Source: an uncultured virus (IMG/VR IMGVR_UViG_3300028608_000013) (lineage: Duplodnaviria; Heunggongvirae; Uroviricota; Caudoviricetes). Taken from it: a stretch of 64,000 bases of DNA. The translations under genes were made by a program, and so were the position numbers. How positions within the stretch are numbered: position 1 is the first letter of the stretch; each line of letters opens with the position of its first letter. Below are positions 8,631 to 18,287 of this stretch, piece after piece. The DNA lies in the IMG/VR virus record IMGVR_UViG_3300028608_000013. One strand, 5' to 3'. The notes beneath the pieces are model-generated. The model was not told the DNA's origin and searched no databases. It saw only the letters and a list, made by a program, of their open reading frames with translations.

Positions 8631-8837
8631 TCACATAAAGCTACAAATAATCGGAATAACGATCGCTGCGAGGAAAGCTGGTTGCGAATTTGTCCTTAAC
8701 ACCAGGATGAAAAACGACAACACTATTACACTGCTTAAAAGTAGGTCGCTGCTGATCGCTATTCCCAAAATGAGCCACATAAGGAATATGGTTCGGTTAG
8801 ACCCTGTAAAGAGGGTTTTCATTTGTTCGGTCATCAT
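8631..8837 (-). CDS. Small hydrophobic membrane protein
   Basis: 68 aa, 2-3 hydrophobic segments; AAGGAG RBS. Confidence 0.6.
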   Translation of the reverse strand: MMTEQMKTLFTGSNRTIFLMWLILGIAISSDLLLSSVIVLSFFILVLRTNSQPAFLAAIVIPIICSFM

Positions 8838-8891
8838 TACTCCTTAAGACAAAATAAAAGGGAACCGAAGTTCCCCCTTATCTTTTACACG

Positions 8892-10532
8892 TTAAGACTG
8901 GATATGAACCGCAGCCAGTTTATCCCCGATCAAGATGCTATCGAGGCTGGCGAGGATCTTGGCTGTTTGCATGCCACCACGCAATGCAGTGATAGACGCA
9001 TAGGCCGTGTCATAGATCCCCAACTCGCGAGGAGTGCCGGTGGTGTTATCTCGCATGTTGGTTACGACGAATGGACGGGGTTCATCCATGTCGATGACAG
9101 CGGCCATGATGGCATCCTTCTCTTCCTTGGTCCCCAACAGGCTCATCATTGGGCCCATCAGAAGAACGTACTGCGAGAAGATCACTTCAACAAAAGCATT
9201 AGCGATCTTGCCGAAGATAGGATCAGCATCGATCTCGTCAGCCAGATTACCCATAGCGAACACACCAGCCGTGATCAGTGCAGTACCAACGCCAGGCAGA
9301 ACGCCGTTGACCAATGCCGACTTGACAGCCTTCGACACGTCCTCGAAGCGGTCGATGCGTTCCTTGATCTCGGACTGAGTTTCACCACCGACAAACACAG
9401 TGATCAGCTCACCCTTCAGATCGCGCAAACGCTTCTCGTTGAAACGAGCACGCATGCTGAAACGTTCGCCACGCTCATAGCCGTCCAGTTCCGTTTCAAT
9501 CGCCGCAACCTGCTGAGCAATGCGATCAATGGTCGGCTGAGAAGTCGGTGCGAATACCGAGCGAGTTGCCCCGATGGTCAGGATATCGTCGCACTGGTTG
9601 AGATCCACATACACAATGTCGGACAACACCTTGATCATGTTGGCATTCAGCATGATCGAAATGTCTTGCATCAGCAACGTACCAACAGAACCGCCGAAGT
9701 TGGTTTGTGCACAGATAAAAGCAGGACGCTTCATCTGGTTATTGATTTGCAAGATGACACTGTTGATCGGGTTGTCGAACGAACGAGCAATCAGCAGGAA
9801 AGTACCGTTACGCTCGGTGCGGTCCAACAGTTGAGACAGAAGCGACAACAGTACTTGAGGATCGACGCTGCGGATGTTGTCGTCGATGACGATCGGGTAG
9901 AAGCCAGTGAACTCGGACGCAGTACCGTTACCGTTCTTGCTGAACGATGGGTTACTGTAGATCAGGTTAACCGGCAGACCATTGGTGCGAACAACCTGGT
10001 CATCACCACCCAGACCTTCCTTAAGCTCGATCTCAGGGTACTTGTCACCAGCAGCATGATAGATGCCAGTAATCGCCGTAGCGAGCTTCTCGTCGCCGTT
10101 AGAGGACGTCAGGGCCAGACTATACAGTTCTGGACTGTCGTTGGTTACGGCAATCGACATACGACCGAGTTCGTCGATGGTCTTGTTGCACAACTTGTCA
10201 ATGAACTTGCGCTCACGATAGTTGGGGAACTGCGAGTACAGACTGAACAGTTCCGCGGTCAGCAGAATGGTGGTGGTCGTACCATCACCGCATTCCGTGT
10301 CGGTCTTGATTGCCGGCTCCAGGATAATGCGGTTAACAGCTTCGTGGAATGGGTTCGGGAACTTCAGGCTCTTAGCAACCGTTACACCATCTTTGGTTAC
10401 CTTCACAGAGGTGCCGATGGTGATGGCCGAGAGTTTGCCGTTTGGACCCATGGTGGAGACAACAGCCTGACGGACGTTGGTCATTACATCTTCAACCAAG
10501 TCTTGAGTGTTGTTCAGGTGAGAATAAGACAT
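8892..10532 (-). CDS. groEL: Phage-encoded GroEL-like chaperonin
   Basis: TMGPNG, VTKDGVTVAKS, GDGTTT, KERIDRFED and GVLPGVG motifs; no GGM tail; ATG at 10532 has a GGAG RBS. Confidence 0.93.
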   Translation of the reverse strand: MSYSHLNNTQDLVEDVMTNVRQAVVSTMGPNGKLSAITIGTSVKVTKDGVTVAKSLKFPNPFHEAVNRIILEPAIKTDTECGDGTTTTILLTAELFSLYSQFPNYRERKFIDKLCNKTIDELGRMSIAVTNDSPELYSLALTSSNGDEKLATAITGIYHAAGDKYPEIELKEGLGGDDQVVRTNGLPVNLIYSNPSFSKNGNGTASEFTGFYPIVIDDNIRSVDPQVLLSLLSQLLDRTERNGTFLLIARSFDNPINSVILQINNQMKRPAFICAQTNFGGSVGTLLMQDISIMLNANMIKVLSDIVYVDLNQCDDILTIGATRSVFAPTSQPTIDRIAQQVAAIETELDGYERGERFSMRARFNEKRLRDLKGELITVFVGGETQSEIKERIDRFEDVSKAVKSALVNGVLPGVGTALITAGVFAMGNLADEIDADPIFGKIANAFVEVIFSQYVLLMGPMMSLLGTKEEKDAIMAAVIDMDEPRPFVVTNMRDNTTGTPRELGIYDTAYASITALRGGMQTAKILASLDSILIGDKLAAVHIQS

Positions 10533-10580
10533 CGGAAATCTCCATAGCTGGGTTTTATATAACAATAGTGTCTACAGTGG

Positions 10581-10598
10581 GATAATGTAGGTTTGAAA
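10581..10598 (-). promoter_or_regulatory. Phage early-type promoter upstream of groEL
   Basis: TTTCA-AAC-CTACATTATC on the minus strand. Confidence 0.65.
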
Positions 10599-10603
10599 GT
10601 CTT

Positions 10604-11245
10604 TTAGCTTGGCTCGGATTCGAGCTCTCTTGCAAAGAACTTCCGCAATTCTTGGATTGCCTTAACCCCTTTACCGAGACCACGCGCGAAATCATCAATC
10701 GACTTCAGGGACAGGTCGTAGTTCTCATCATAGATGGCTTTGCCCTTCTCATCGGTCCAGGATTCCAGCCACCAGTGAATCGCCTTATGACAATCTGCGA
10801 TTGCAATGTTGCCACTGCCGTCCTTGTACATGGTCAAGTGTACGTAGCCGGAGTATGGTGTGTCGTGGTGGTTCAACCACTGCTTGTCGAAGCGGTCGCC
10901 CTTGGCGTTAACTTTACGCCGTGCTCTGAGTTCCTTGGTGAAGAAAGACATCTTCTCCTTGAGCAACTCAAGCTTCTTCTCCATCTCAAACAGCCCGTAG
11001 TCGTTCTTGACTGGGTGCAAACGAATGCGGGTGTTGTTGACCATCATGTTGAAGTAGCCGTCCCAGTAGTACTCGTACTTCTCTAGACCGCCTTTCTTTT
11101 TCTTCTTCCCTCCGGATACAAACGGCTTGACATCAAAGGCGAAGTTGTAGACCGCCAAGTCATCTTTATAACTGCCGGTTACGATATCCTTTCCCAACAC
11201 GGTAATGCGGTCAAACGAAACCGTGCCTTCTTTGTAGTTGTCCAT
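10604..11245 (-). CDS. Hypothetical basic protein
   Basis: GGAGG RBS before ATG 11245; Lys-rich patch GGKKKKKGG. Confidence 0.7.
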   Translation of the reverse strand: MDNYKEGTVSFDRITVLGKDIVTGSYKDDLAVYNFAFDVKPFVSGGKKKKKGGLEKYEYYWDGYFNMMVNNTRIRLHPVKNDYGLFEMEKKLELLKEKMSFFTKELRARRKVNAKGDRFDKQWLNHHDTPYSGYVHLTMYKDGSGNIAIADCHKAIHWWLESWTDEKGKAIYDENYDLSLKSIDDFARGLGKGVKAIQELRKFFARELESEPS

Positions 11246-11336
11246 TACAAATCCTCCCAATACTAAACAAAAAATAAAGGGTACAGAACCTCTCCCTCAA
11301 GCCTGTTGGCCCGACCTGAGGGAGAGGGTGTTGCTC

Positions 11337-11618
11337 TTATGCCCCTTTGCGCACAAGATAGAAGACGTTCTCGAATTGCTGGAAACGCAACTCGTCGCCC
11401 TTGAACGAACGATCGACGTCCAGGACTGCTTCCATCTTCTTGCCGAGGCTGAACACTTGCTTGACTTTACAGATCACGTTTTCTTGCGTGATCTTTCGGT
11501 CAGGCTGGTCTTTGCCGTCACTGTGCACCAGATGCAGCCCGGTGTCCTTCAGCTGGGTGTTCAGTTTCTTGAACAGGTCCATGCCGAGTTTTTGCGGGAT
11601 CTTTACCGTGGTAGCCAT
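11337..11618 (-). CDS. Hypothetical protein
   Basis: 93 aa; last gene of its operon, before the hairpin at about 11289-11329. Confidence 0.6.
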   Translation of the reverse strand: MATTVKIPQKLGMDLFKKLNTQLKDTGLHLVHSDGKDQPDRKITQENVICKVKQVFSLGKKMEAVLDVDRSFKGDELRFQQFENVFYLVRKGA

Positions 11619-12041
11619 TTAAACCATTTCCTTGTGTTGTTGTGTGTTGGCGTGTGGGTTAGCGACGGCTGGATCACCGTCGAAGTCTGTGTTGGGTTTA
11701 TTAAGAACCAGTTGAATGTCATCCAGAACGTCTTCGATGTCAACAGGACGGTCGACGATGTATTGGAGTTGTTCTTTGAAGATCACCGTACCGCAAGCGC
11801 AGGTTTTGATGTAGCAGTCCGGTTGAACGGAGACGATTGGATACGTAAGTACGTAGATCGTCTTGTCATTGAAATGCACGATCGCCACCCACTTGTGGTT
11901 GGAGAACGAACGCATGTCGTTGTCTTGGTACAGACCCTGGTCTACCAGACGCTTGTACTTATCCTGAATGCGCTTACTGCGCGCTTCGTCTACAATGACT
12001 TCGCCAACTTCGTCAGGCTTCCGGAGGTTAAGGTGCATCAC
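11619..12041 (-). CDS. Hypothetical protein
   Basis: 140 aa; coupled start/stop. Confidence 0.6.
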   Translation of the reverse strand: MMHLNLRKPDEVGEVIVDEARSKRIQDKYKRLVDQGLYQDNDMRSFSNHKWVAIVHFNDKTIYVLTYPIVSVQPDCYIKTCACGTVIFKEQLQYIVDRPVDIEDVLDDIQLVLNKPNTDFDGDPAVANPHANTQQHKEMV

Positions 12042-12598
12042 TCTTCTTCCTCATCATCATCGGTGACGGGTTCTTCGCCTTCCTCAGGTGCAAGGGGTTC
12101 GAAGGGGACTTCGTCCTCGTAGACATCAATGTCATCGTCATCGAGGGGTGGATCAATACCGTCGTCTTCACGAGACAAATGGTTTTTGTTGTCGTTCATT
12201 TCAGCCTCCCGTTTAGCGGCTTCCATGTCCTCTTCGTCCCGAGCCAACCGAGTAAGGTGGTCAGGGAGTTCTTTACACACATTGCACACGAAAATCTGAT
12301 TACGTTCTCGTGGCAATTCCTCACAGAAGAACGGGGTATAACTTATCCCCTCATTCCTCGGCGTTTCCATGCAACAATCTTCGCACTCTACTTCTGCCGT
12401 TTGACGATCAACCAGGAACTGGTCGTAGCACGGCTTGCACATCAGGTAATGCTCGCTACCGTGGCTGTCGGATTCACCCGAGTAGCCATGCGCCTGATCG
12501 CCATCTTCCAGGTGTTCGCAGTTACCGCCTTCGCAGACACTGCCTTCCTGGATGAAACCAACACACTTGCTGGTTTTACCATGGGACATCCAGCTCAT
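12038..12598 (-). CDS. Cys-rich (multi zinc-finger-like) protein with an acidic tail
   Basis: CKPC, CEDC, CNVC and CxxxxCEH motifs; D/E-rich C-terminus. Confidence 0.65.
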   Translation of the reverse strand: MSWMSHGKTSKCVGFIQEGSVCEGGNCEHLEDGDQAHGYSGESDSHGSEHYLMCKPCYDQFLVDRQTAEVECEDCCMETPRNEGISYTPFFCEELPRERNQIFVCNVCKELPDHLTRLARDEEDMEAAKREAEMNDNKNHLSREDDGIDPPLDDDDIDVYEDEVPFEPLAPEEGEEPVTDDDEEEE

Positions 12599-13260
12599 GA
12601 TTCGTCTTCCTTAATAACGGGAACGGGTGGAAAGCCAAGTACCTCCACCGGGTTGTTTTCCAGGAACCGCTTGACCTCGTCAGTGACAGGATCAAGTGGC
12701 TGCATGCGACTCATTGTGTTGTAAAAACGTTCCACCCATTCACGAGGAACGTTGTTAAGCACCGGACGCTTCATCAACTCTTCATGCTCTTTAATGAGCG
12801 GAAGAAACAGCAGCTGTTGATTATCGGTGGCCGGGTGGTCAACCCAGAACTGGATAAGCGCAGGATACTTGTGAGGTTCCCGCGCAATGAGTATGAATGG
12901 AACACCACCACCCCATACCCATTGCCGCGCCATTATTCGGTGCTTCTGCGGATCGATCTCCTTTAACAGGTTCTCGTGCAGCAACACATTGGCAATGCTC
13001 TTACCAAAACGTCGCTCCAACTCACCTTCTAGATAATCAGGAAAGTGGTGGGAGAAAACATCGTTGGCATCCGCGGTGGTCCTATGGCTGCGGATACGAG
13101 CCTGACCAAGAAGCAGCCAGGACAAGTCATCATTGTTAGTGGGCGACAGAGAGATCTCTATCTGCTGCTCAAAGGTTCCACCCATGCGTTGCAACACGCG
13201 ACTAACATTCCGCCAGTAACTGGACTTGACGAACCAATCTTTATTGCGGCTCAGCATCAA
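12595..13260 (-). CDS. Hypothetical protein
   Basis: 221 aa; tiles the operon. Confidence 0.65.
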   Translation of the reverse strand: MMLSRNKDWFVKSSYWRNVSRVLQRMGGTFEQQIEISLSPTNNDDLSWLLLGQARIRSHRTTADANDVFSHHFPDYLEGELERRFGKSIANVLLHENLLKEIDPQKHRIMARQWVWGGGVPFILIAREPHKYPALIQFWVDHPATDNQQLLFLPLIKEHEELMKRPVLNNVPREWVERFYNTMSRMQPLDPVTDEVKRFLENNPVEVLGFPPVPVIKEDES

Positions 13261-13755
13261 CTACTCCTCGTCTGGAACCACGTGGCAATGAACACCCTTT
13301 TCAAGATGGGGGGTGCTAAGAAGTCTCTGACGCAAAGGTTCCGGATAATCCATCGGATTGATTTTTACAATAACAGCATCTTCCGATACGCGCTCAACGA
13401 GGCGGTGAGCAATATCCGGACTCTCCAGAAACTTTGTTACATTGCCCTTAACAACCTCGTCCCAATTTGCTGGCCTGGGTTCACCGTTCTCAGCAAGAAC
13501 CGCCGCCCACTGCTCCTGCCCCAGCTTTTCAATCTGTTCAGAAATCGCCCTGTTGAGGTACGTCTCTGGTTTACTAACCAGGTTGTGACCAAAAGCAGTC
13601 GACATATCTGGCGCACGAGGAATCAGGTCTTCCTTGGCCGGTTTATACAACTCCACAAGGACGACTGGATCATCTGGACGCATTGTGTACTGGAACAGGG
13701 TTGGCTCGCCGTTAAACATTCCCGGAGCCAAGAAGATACCGTTTGCCATTGTCAC
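13261..13755 (-). CDS. Hypothetical protein
   Basis: 164 aa; tiles the operon. Confidence 0.65.
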   Translation of the reverse strand: MTMANGIFLAPGMFNGEPTLFQYTMRPDDPVVLVELYKPAKEDLIPRAPDMSTAFGHNLVSKPETYLNRAISEQIEKLGQEQWAAVLAENGEPRPANWDEVVKGNVTKFLESPDIAHRLVERVSEDAVIVKINPMDYPEPLRQRLLSTPHLEKGVHCHVVPDEE

Positions 13756-14108
13756 ATCCCCTCTCGTCTTTTTTGTGCGATTTCAGCCAATTCTTTTTCA
13801 GCCTGCCCAGGGGCGCTGAAAGAACAATCCAGAGCACCGATCATCGGATAACCGCTAATTCTGGCTTGCTCAGCCCACAGTATCTGAACCACACGACAGA
13901 ACTCTTTCGCACCAATGGAATCAGCGAACGCCAGGATCTCAGGAAGATGACGTTCAGCAAACGGGTCGTACGCGTGACGATCAAGCACTATCTGTTGAAT
14001 GGCCCCGTAAGCAAAGTTTTCACACAGCGTTCTGATCCCACTGACGTACGGGAGAGGTGCTATGGACTCCAGGTCTCTATCTAAATCACCTTGGTAATAG
14101 AGCGGCAT
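13752..14108 (-). CDS. Hypothetical protein
   Basis: 118 aa; GAGG RBS. Confidence 0.6.
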   Translation of the reverse strand: MPLYYQGDLDRDLESIAPLPYVSGIRTLCENFAYGAIQQIVLDRHAYDPFAERHLPEILAFADSIGAKEFCRVVQILWAEQARISGYPMIGALDCSFSAPGQAEKELAEIAQKRREGM

Positions 14109-14121
14109 CTTTTTACCCTCG

Positions 14122-14592
14122 TTATAGACTGAACACCGGGAGAGTAGGATCTACCCTCCGGTCTTGCATGATGAAAGAAGTCTTGGAAGCAACGGCAGGA
14201 CGGTCTGTATCCAGATCAAAATCACACTGAGTGAATTCGTCTTTGTCCAGATACAGGTCATCCGAATCAGCGGTGAGCATACTCAGGCCCACCTCAGTTT
14301 TGCCATCACGCTGGTAGAGATACAACACTTGGTTAGCGTGACGGTTGAAGAACGTCAGGACATCCTTGTCGAAGCCGAAGTCTTCAGGCTGTGCTGCGTA
14401 AAACGCTCGCCCACTTGTTGTCTGAATGACCTTGTCTTTCTCCACCAGGAACTCACCGCGGGCAGGCTCCTGTTTGATATTGCCAAAGTCATCGGCAGTT
14501 GGTGCATAACCGTAGCTCTTACACACCAACGTTTCGCCAGCGAACGCATTAACCGAAACAGCACACAGCAAACCCAAAAAGACCTTACGCAT
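14122..14592 (-). CDS. Secreted/periplasmic protein
   Basis: Sec signal MRKVFLGLLCAVSVNAFA; two Cys in the mature part. Confidence 0.7.
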   Translation of the reverse strand: MRKVFLGLLCAVSVNAFAGETLVCKSYGYAPTADDFGNIKQEPARGEFLVEKDKVIQTTSGRAFYAAQPEDFGFDKDVLTFFNRHANQVLYLYQRDGKTEVGLSMLTADSDDLYLDKDEFTQCDFDLDTDRPAVASKTSFIMQDRRVDPTLPVFSL

Positions 14593-15158
14593 TACTTTGC
14601 TCCCTGCAAGATTTTAGCCATTGGCAATTTTTCAATGGCGTGGAGGTGTTCCCGGATGGAGTCAACCAGGGAATGGATTTTGTCAGTAAACACGCGCATA
14701 CCAGTTTCCTGGTTGTAATCGACCTTAAACTCAGCGTCGTACAAGTTCTCACCAAACATCGAGAAAACCATGTGCTTGCGCAACCGTGCTACGTGGAACA
14801 TCAGCGGCTTCTCTTCGCACAGAACACGATTGAAGATATTGCCTTTCGGGTTGAACAAGTCAACCACGTTGTTGTCGCTCCGAGACGTCCGGTCTACCCA
14901 ATGCAACATGTCCTCGAACATGTTGATGATCTCGAGCATGGTGTGCTCGTAGTCCTTGATCGCCCTGGCAGGCTGGATAAGATCGTTAGGGTCGATCTTG
15001 ATCGTGGTGTTACGAGCAAGACGACCATTGATACCGAGGTCGATCACGAAACGAATCATCAGTTCGCCCTTGGTATTAACGATTGCAGCACTTTCCACAG
15101 TCACACTGCGACTAGGGAAAGTTTCAAGCAGGTTACGAGTACGGAAAAGACTAGCCAT
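14592..15158 (-). CDS. Hypothetical protein
   Basis: 188 aa; GGAG RBS. Confidence 0.65.
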   Translation of the reverse strand: MASLFRTRNLLETFPSRSVTVESAAIVNTKGELMIRFVIDLGINGRLARNTTIKIDPNDLIQPARAIKDYEHTMLEIINMFEDMLHWVDRTSRSDNNVVDLFNPKGNIFNRVLCEEKPLMFHVARLRKHMVFSMFGENLYDAEFKVDYNQETGMRVFTDKIHSLVDSIREHLHAIEKLPMAKILQGAK

Positions 15159-15255
15159 GTTTATTGCTCCAATAATTTCAGAAGACCGAATGGTTTCTGG
15201 TAAGTGGGTACAGCGGTAAAAGGGGTAGTCTGACTACCCCAGGGTATAACGGGTG

Positions 15256-17115
15256 TTACTCGCCGTGTTCCGCTTTAATGGCGGCTACGGCTGCTTTTAC
15301 CTTTTCAGGCGAAATGTCGTTGAACGCTTCGAAGATGGCGGCAAAGCCGTGGTACGAGACCACCGTGCTGTTGTGTTCAAACACAACGACAAGACCGTTT
15401 TCAGTCAGCTTGAAAGACGCCACCCTGAAAGCACCGTCCTCCTTTTCGACCACCAGGGTGTAGAACCCATCCTCTTTCTTGAAGACAAGAGAACCACCGT
15501 GTGCCCAAGGTGCATCTACTGAAAGACGCATGTCGTCCAAGTTCAGACCTTCGAAGATTACGTCGAAGTGGTCCAGCTTATTAAGCAACTCGGTCAACAT
15601 CGGGTAGTCGTCATCACCCTCTTCAAAAGAGTGAGTAGTCATCCCACCTTGGGTTACCATGCTGTTGATCGCAGTACGAGAAGCAACTTCGCCCGGCCAT
15701 TCACCACGACGCAGACCACCACCTTCCCTCAGCATCCGGTTGAGAGTATCGTTACCAGTAGGTAGTAGCGATTTAGCCGCGCTAGGTTGCTCTGGGAGAC
15801 TATCCATGAGTTTGCCCAGACCTTCAGCGTATTCGTCCGAGATCGGAATGGCCACGCCACGGGCGCCGTGCATATCAGTCAGCTTGTACTTCGTATCCGT
15901 TACCGGATGAATTACTTCGCTACGGAAATCGTCCAGTTTGTCTTTCGGCGTCCCAAAGATGGCGATACGCGCTTCACGGAGCTTACTGGCAATTTCGTCA
16001 CCAGTTGACTCAGGAGTGACCCCCAGTAGTTCCATGAAAGTCTTGCGGTTCAACAAGTCGGTCGACGGTCCGGGTAGGTACTGGATCGAAGGGTTAGGAC
16101 GGTTCTCGTAGTACTCATCGATCGCAACACGAACATTGCGAAGCGCGCCCGCTATCGTTTCAGGGCAGGACTCTTCGGTAAAGCCTAGCAGTTCCATGAA
16201 GGTCTTACGAGGACGACCGGTGCCATCTGGTTTACCGTTCTTGTCTTTTTCAGGGAACACCATTGGGTCGTTGTTGCGGTACAGGTACAGGATCGCTTCC
16301 AGATCTTTAGGAGTGAAGTACCCCTCGATATGGAAAGACCCATTGACCGCCCGGCTGAGGTTCTGGCTGAGGATGCCGGATTCTGTCAGGGTAGCGTGGG
16401 CTTCAACAACAGAGCTGAACTGCTCGGCCATCGGAGAAGTCAGGTGTGCGTACATGCGCTGCTCGGTAATACCTACCACGCGATCTGCATAACCCTCATG
16501 AGCCTGCGGTGGAAGATCTGCAAACGAGGACTTGAAGTCTTTCGCCATTGCCGACGGAGCGAAGATCTCCGAATCAATGTCGGTTCGTTCCATCGACGGC
16601 TGCAAGACCTGCATCAGCTGATTGACGTCGATCTCTTCTGCAAGCGCAGTGGAGCTGCTGATAAAGCCACCGAACCTTTTCTTAGCCTTGTCGATCAGGT
16701 CTTCTGCACGACGGATAAACAAGATAGCTTCCATGTCCTTGACGCTGAAGTAGCCGTCAAAGGTGAACACTTGTTCTTCCTTGTCGAAGTCCATTGCATG
16801 CTTGCCGTCGGATGTCATCGACTTCCGGGCTTCAGCAATGTTGCGGAACTGCGCGGTAGGGCGGTTAGGATCAGCGGCAAGCATTGTGTGGATCGCACTC
16901 TTCATTGCTTCAGTGCGTCGCTCGAAGAACTCCGAGAACGTGCCGTCGATCTGGTGCATGATCTCCTTGCCCTTGATGTAGCCTTCACCAGCGGCCACAC
17001 CGAACACGAGTTCGTACCAGTCACACCACTCCGGGTTAACGGTTACAACACCTCCATTGTCGCCCAACATTGCGAGCGTAGGCATAGCGGGTACATTGTG
17101 CATTTTCAAAGACAT
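15256..17115 (-). CDS. Large mosaic early protein with internal duplications
   Basis: Repeats GYFSVKDMEAIL/GYFTPKDLEAIL and RKTFMELLG twice; short RecA/DnaB-like fragment PTGNDTLNRML..GGLRRGE. Confidence 0.7.
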   Translation of the reverse strand: MSLKMHNVPAMPTLAMLGDNGGVVTVNPEWCDWYELVFGVAAGEGYIKGKEIMHQIDGTFSEFFERRTEAMKSAIHTMLAADPNRPTAQFRNIAEARKSMTSDGKHAMDFDKEEQVFTFDGYFSVKDMEAILFIRRAEDLIDKAKKRFGGFISSSTALAEEIDVNQLMQVLQPSMERTDIDSEIFAPSAMAKDFKSSFADLPPQAHEGYADRVVGITEQRMYAHLTSPMAEQFSSVVEAHATLTESGILSQNLSRAVNGSFHIEGYFTPKDLEAILYLYRNNDPMVFPEKDKNGKPDGTGRPRKTFMELLGFTEESCPETIAGALRNVRVAIDEYYENRPNPSIQYLPGPSTDLLNRKTFMELLGVTPESTGDEIASKLREARIAIFGTPKDKLDDFRSEVIHPVTDTKYKLTDMHGARGVAIPISDEYAEGLGKLMDSLPEQPSAAKSLLPTGNDTLNRMLREGGGLRRGEWPGEVASRTAINSMVTQGGMTTHSFEEGDDDYPMLTELLNKLDHFDVIFEGLNLDDMRLSVDAPWAHGGSLVFKKEDGFYTLVVEKEDGAFRVASFKLTENGLVVVFEHNSTVVSYHGFAAIFEAFNDISPEKVKAAVAAIKAEHGE

Positions 17116-17155
17116 TGTCGTTCTCCCATTAAGAACAGTTGGTGTTAATCATGCT

Positions 17156-17190
17156 AATAATGTAGATGTGAAAAACCCTGTAAGTCAAAA
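17156..17190 (-). promoter_or_regulatory. Phage early-type promoter
   Basis: TTTGACTTA-N8-TTCA-CAT-CTACATTAT on the minus strand. Confidence 0.7.
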
Positions 17191-17652
17191 CGCGTTACGT
17201 ACACCTTTCATGATCCCTGAGCGTTCAGTAAATCTAAAGCCCAATCGATTATAAAAGTTCAACGCTCGGGTATTTCGTGCGTAGCAATCTACTGAGAGTT
17301 GTTGTGTGGGGTAACGTGACTGCAAACAGCCAATCAACAATTCCCCGACTCCCTTACTGCGAGCCTCTTCCACCACGTACAACGCCGCTATGGTGTAAGG
17401 TGATCCTCTATCGATCAACATCATGGCCACTGGACGTTCGTTGATGTAGCCCAGTATGCAGCGTTCTACCATGAACAGAACCTCCTCTATGGTTTCGTTC
17501 ATAGTGAAAGGATCTTCGGGTACATTCGTGGTAGTAACGGTGGCTTCAAAGCGAATTAAGTCCGCAAACAACTTGACAACGTGCCTCCGTGCATCAGGTT
17601 GTATGGTGTCCAGCTGGTATTCACGAATGATTAACAGGCCGGCATTTAGCAT
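17185..17652 (-). CDS. GNAT-family acetyltransferase
   Basis: LYVVEEARSKGVGELLI (motif A) and NTRALNFYNRLGF (motif B). Confidence 0.88.
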   Translation of the reverse strand: MLNAGLLIIREYQLDTIQPDARRHVVKLFADLIRFEATVTTTNVPEDPFTMNETIEEVLFMVERCILGYINERPVAMMLIDRGSPYTIAALYVVEEARSKGVGELLIGCLQSRYPTQQLSVDCYARNTRALNFYNRLGFRFTERSGIMKGVRNAF

Positions 17653-17726
17653 GGTTAACCCCCCAAGCGGTGTATTAGATTGGTGCTGCAGTGGTAATAA
17701 AAAGACGTAAAGCAAAAAAGAAATAG

Positions 17727-17764
17727 ATAAACCACAGACACCCCTAAAGGCATCTGTGGTTTAT
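17727..17764 (-). terminator. Intrinsic terminator
   Basis: TAAACCACAGA...TCTGTGGTTTA stem with an A-tract on the left. Confidence 0.7.
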
Positions 17765-17774
17765 TCAGGTAAGG

Positions 17775-18260
17775 TTACTGCTTACGCTTGCACTGACCGA
17801 GTACAACCAGATCTTTGATCGGGGAGTCAGCAGGGTCAGCGCGGTCTTTTGGATCTTTGTCGTTGTCGAAGGTGTAGATCATGAAGTAGAGTGCACCAGG
17901 AATGTCATCACGCTTCTGCAGAATGGCATTGTTATTACTACCCATGTTGCTACCAGGTCCGATCATGCCGTTACCCAGTTCTACTTTCTCTTTGAAGGCT
18001 TCACCGGCGTTGATCACGAAGCCTTCCTGGTTTTCCAGGACTGTGGTATTGACGTACTTCGCGTCATTGTCGGTGAGTTTGCCATTCGACTGGACTGTGT
18101 TGCGAGTGAACGCTTCACAGACGAACTTCTTTTCCTTGTCGTTGACGTTGTAGGTGGGACTGCTGTTACTGGTGTTGGCTGCCGCAAACATTGGAGCGAA
18201 AACAAACAGCGTGACGAGCAAAGTAATCAGAATAAACCCAACGCGTTTAATTGCTTTCAT
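17775..18260 (-). CDS. Secreted/periplasmic protein
   Basis: Signal peptide MKAIKRVGFILITLLVTLFVFAPMFAAA; two Cys; AAGGAG RBS. Confidence 0.7.
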   Translation of the reverse strand: MKAIKRVGFILITLLVTLFVFAPMFAAANTSNSSPTYNVNDKEKKFVCEAFTRNTVQSNGKLTDNDAKYVNTTVLENQEGFVINAGEAFKEKVELGNGMIGPGSNMGSNNNAILQKRDDIPGALYFMIYTFDNDKDPKDRADPADSPIKDLVVLGQCKRKQ

Positions 18261-18287
18261 GCAGTGTATCTCCTTAGTTATTTTGGG

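Noticed and set aside
8823..10547. 574-aa plus-strand ORF
   Set aside because: Antisense shadow of groEL caused by codon bias; no motifs or RBS.
15700..15775. Annotation of 15256-17115 as a DnaB/RecA ATPase
   Set aside because: No Walker A or B follows the short matching segment.
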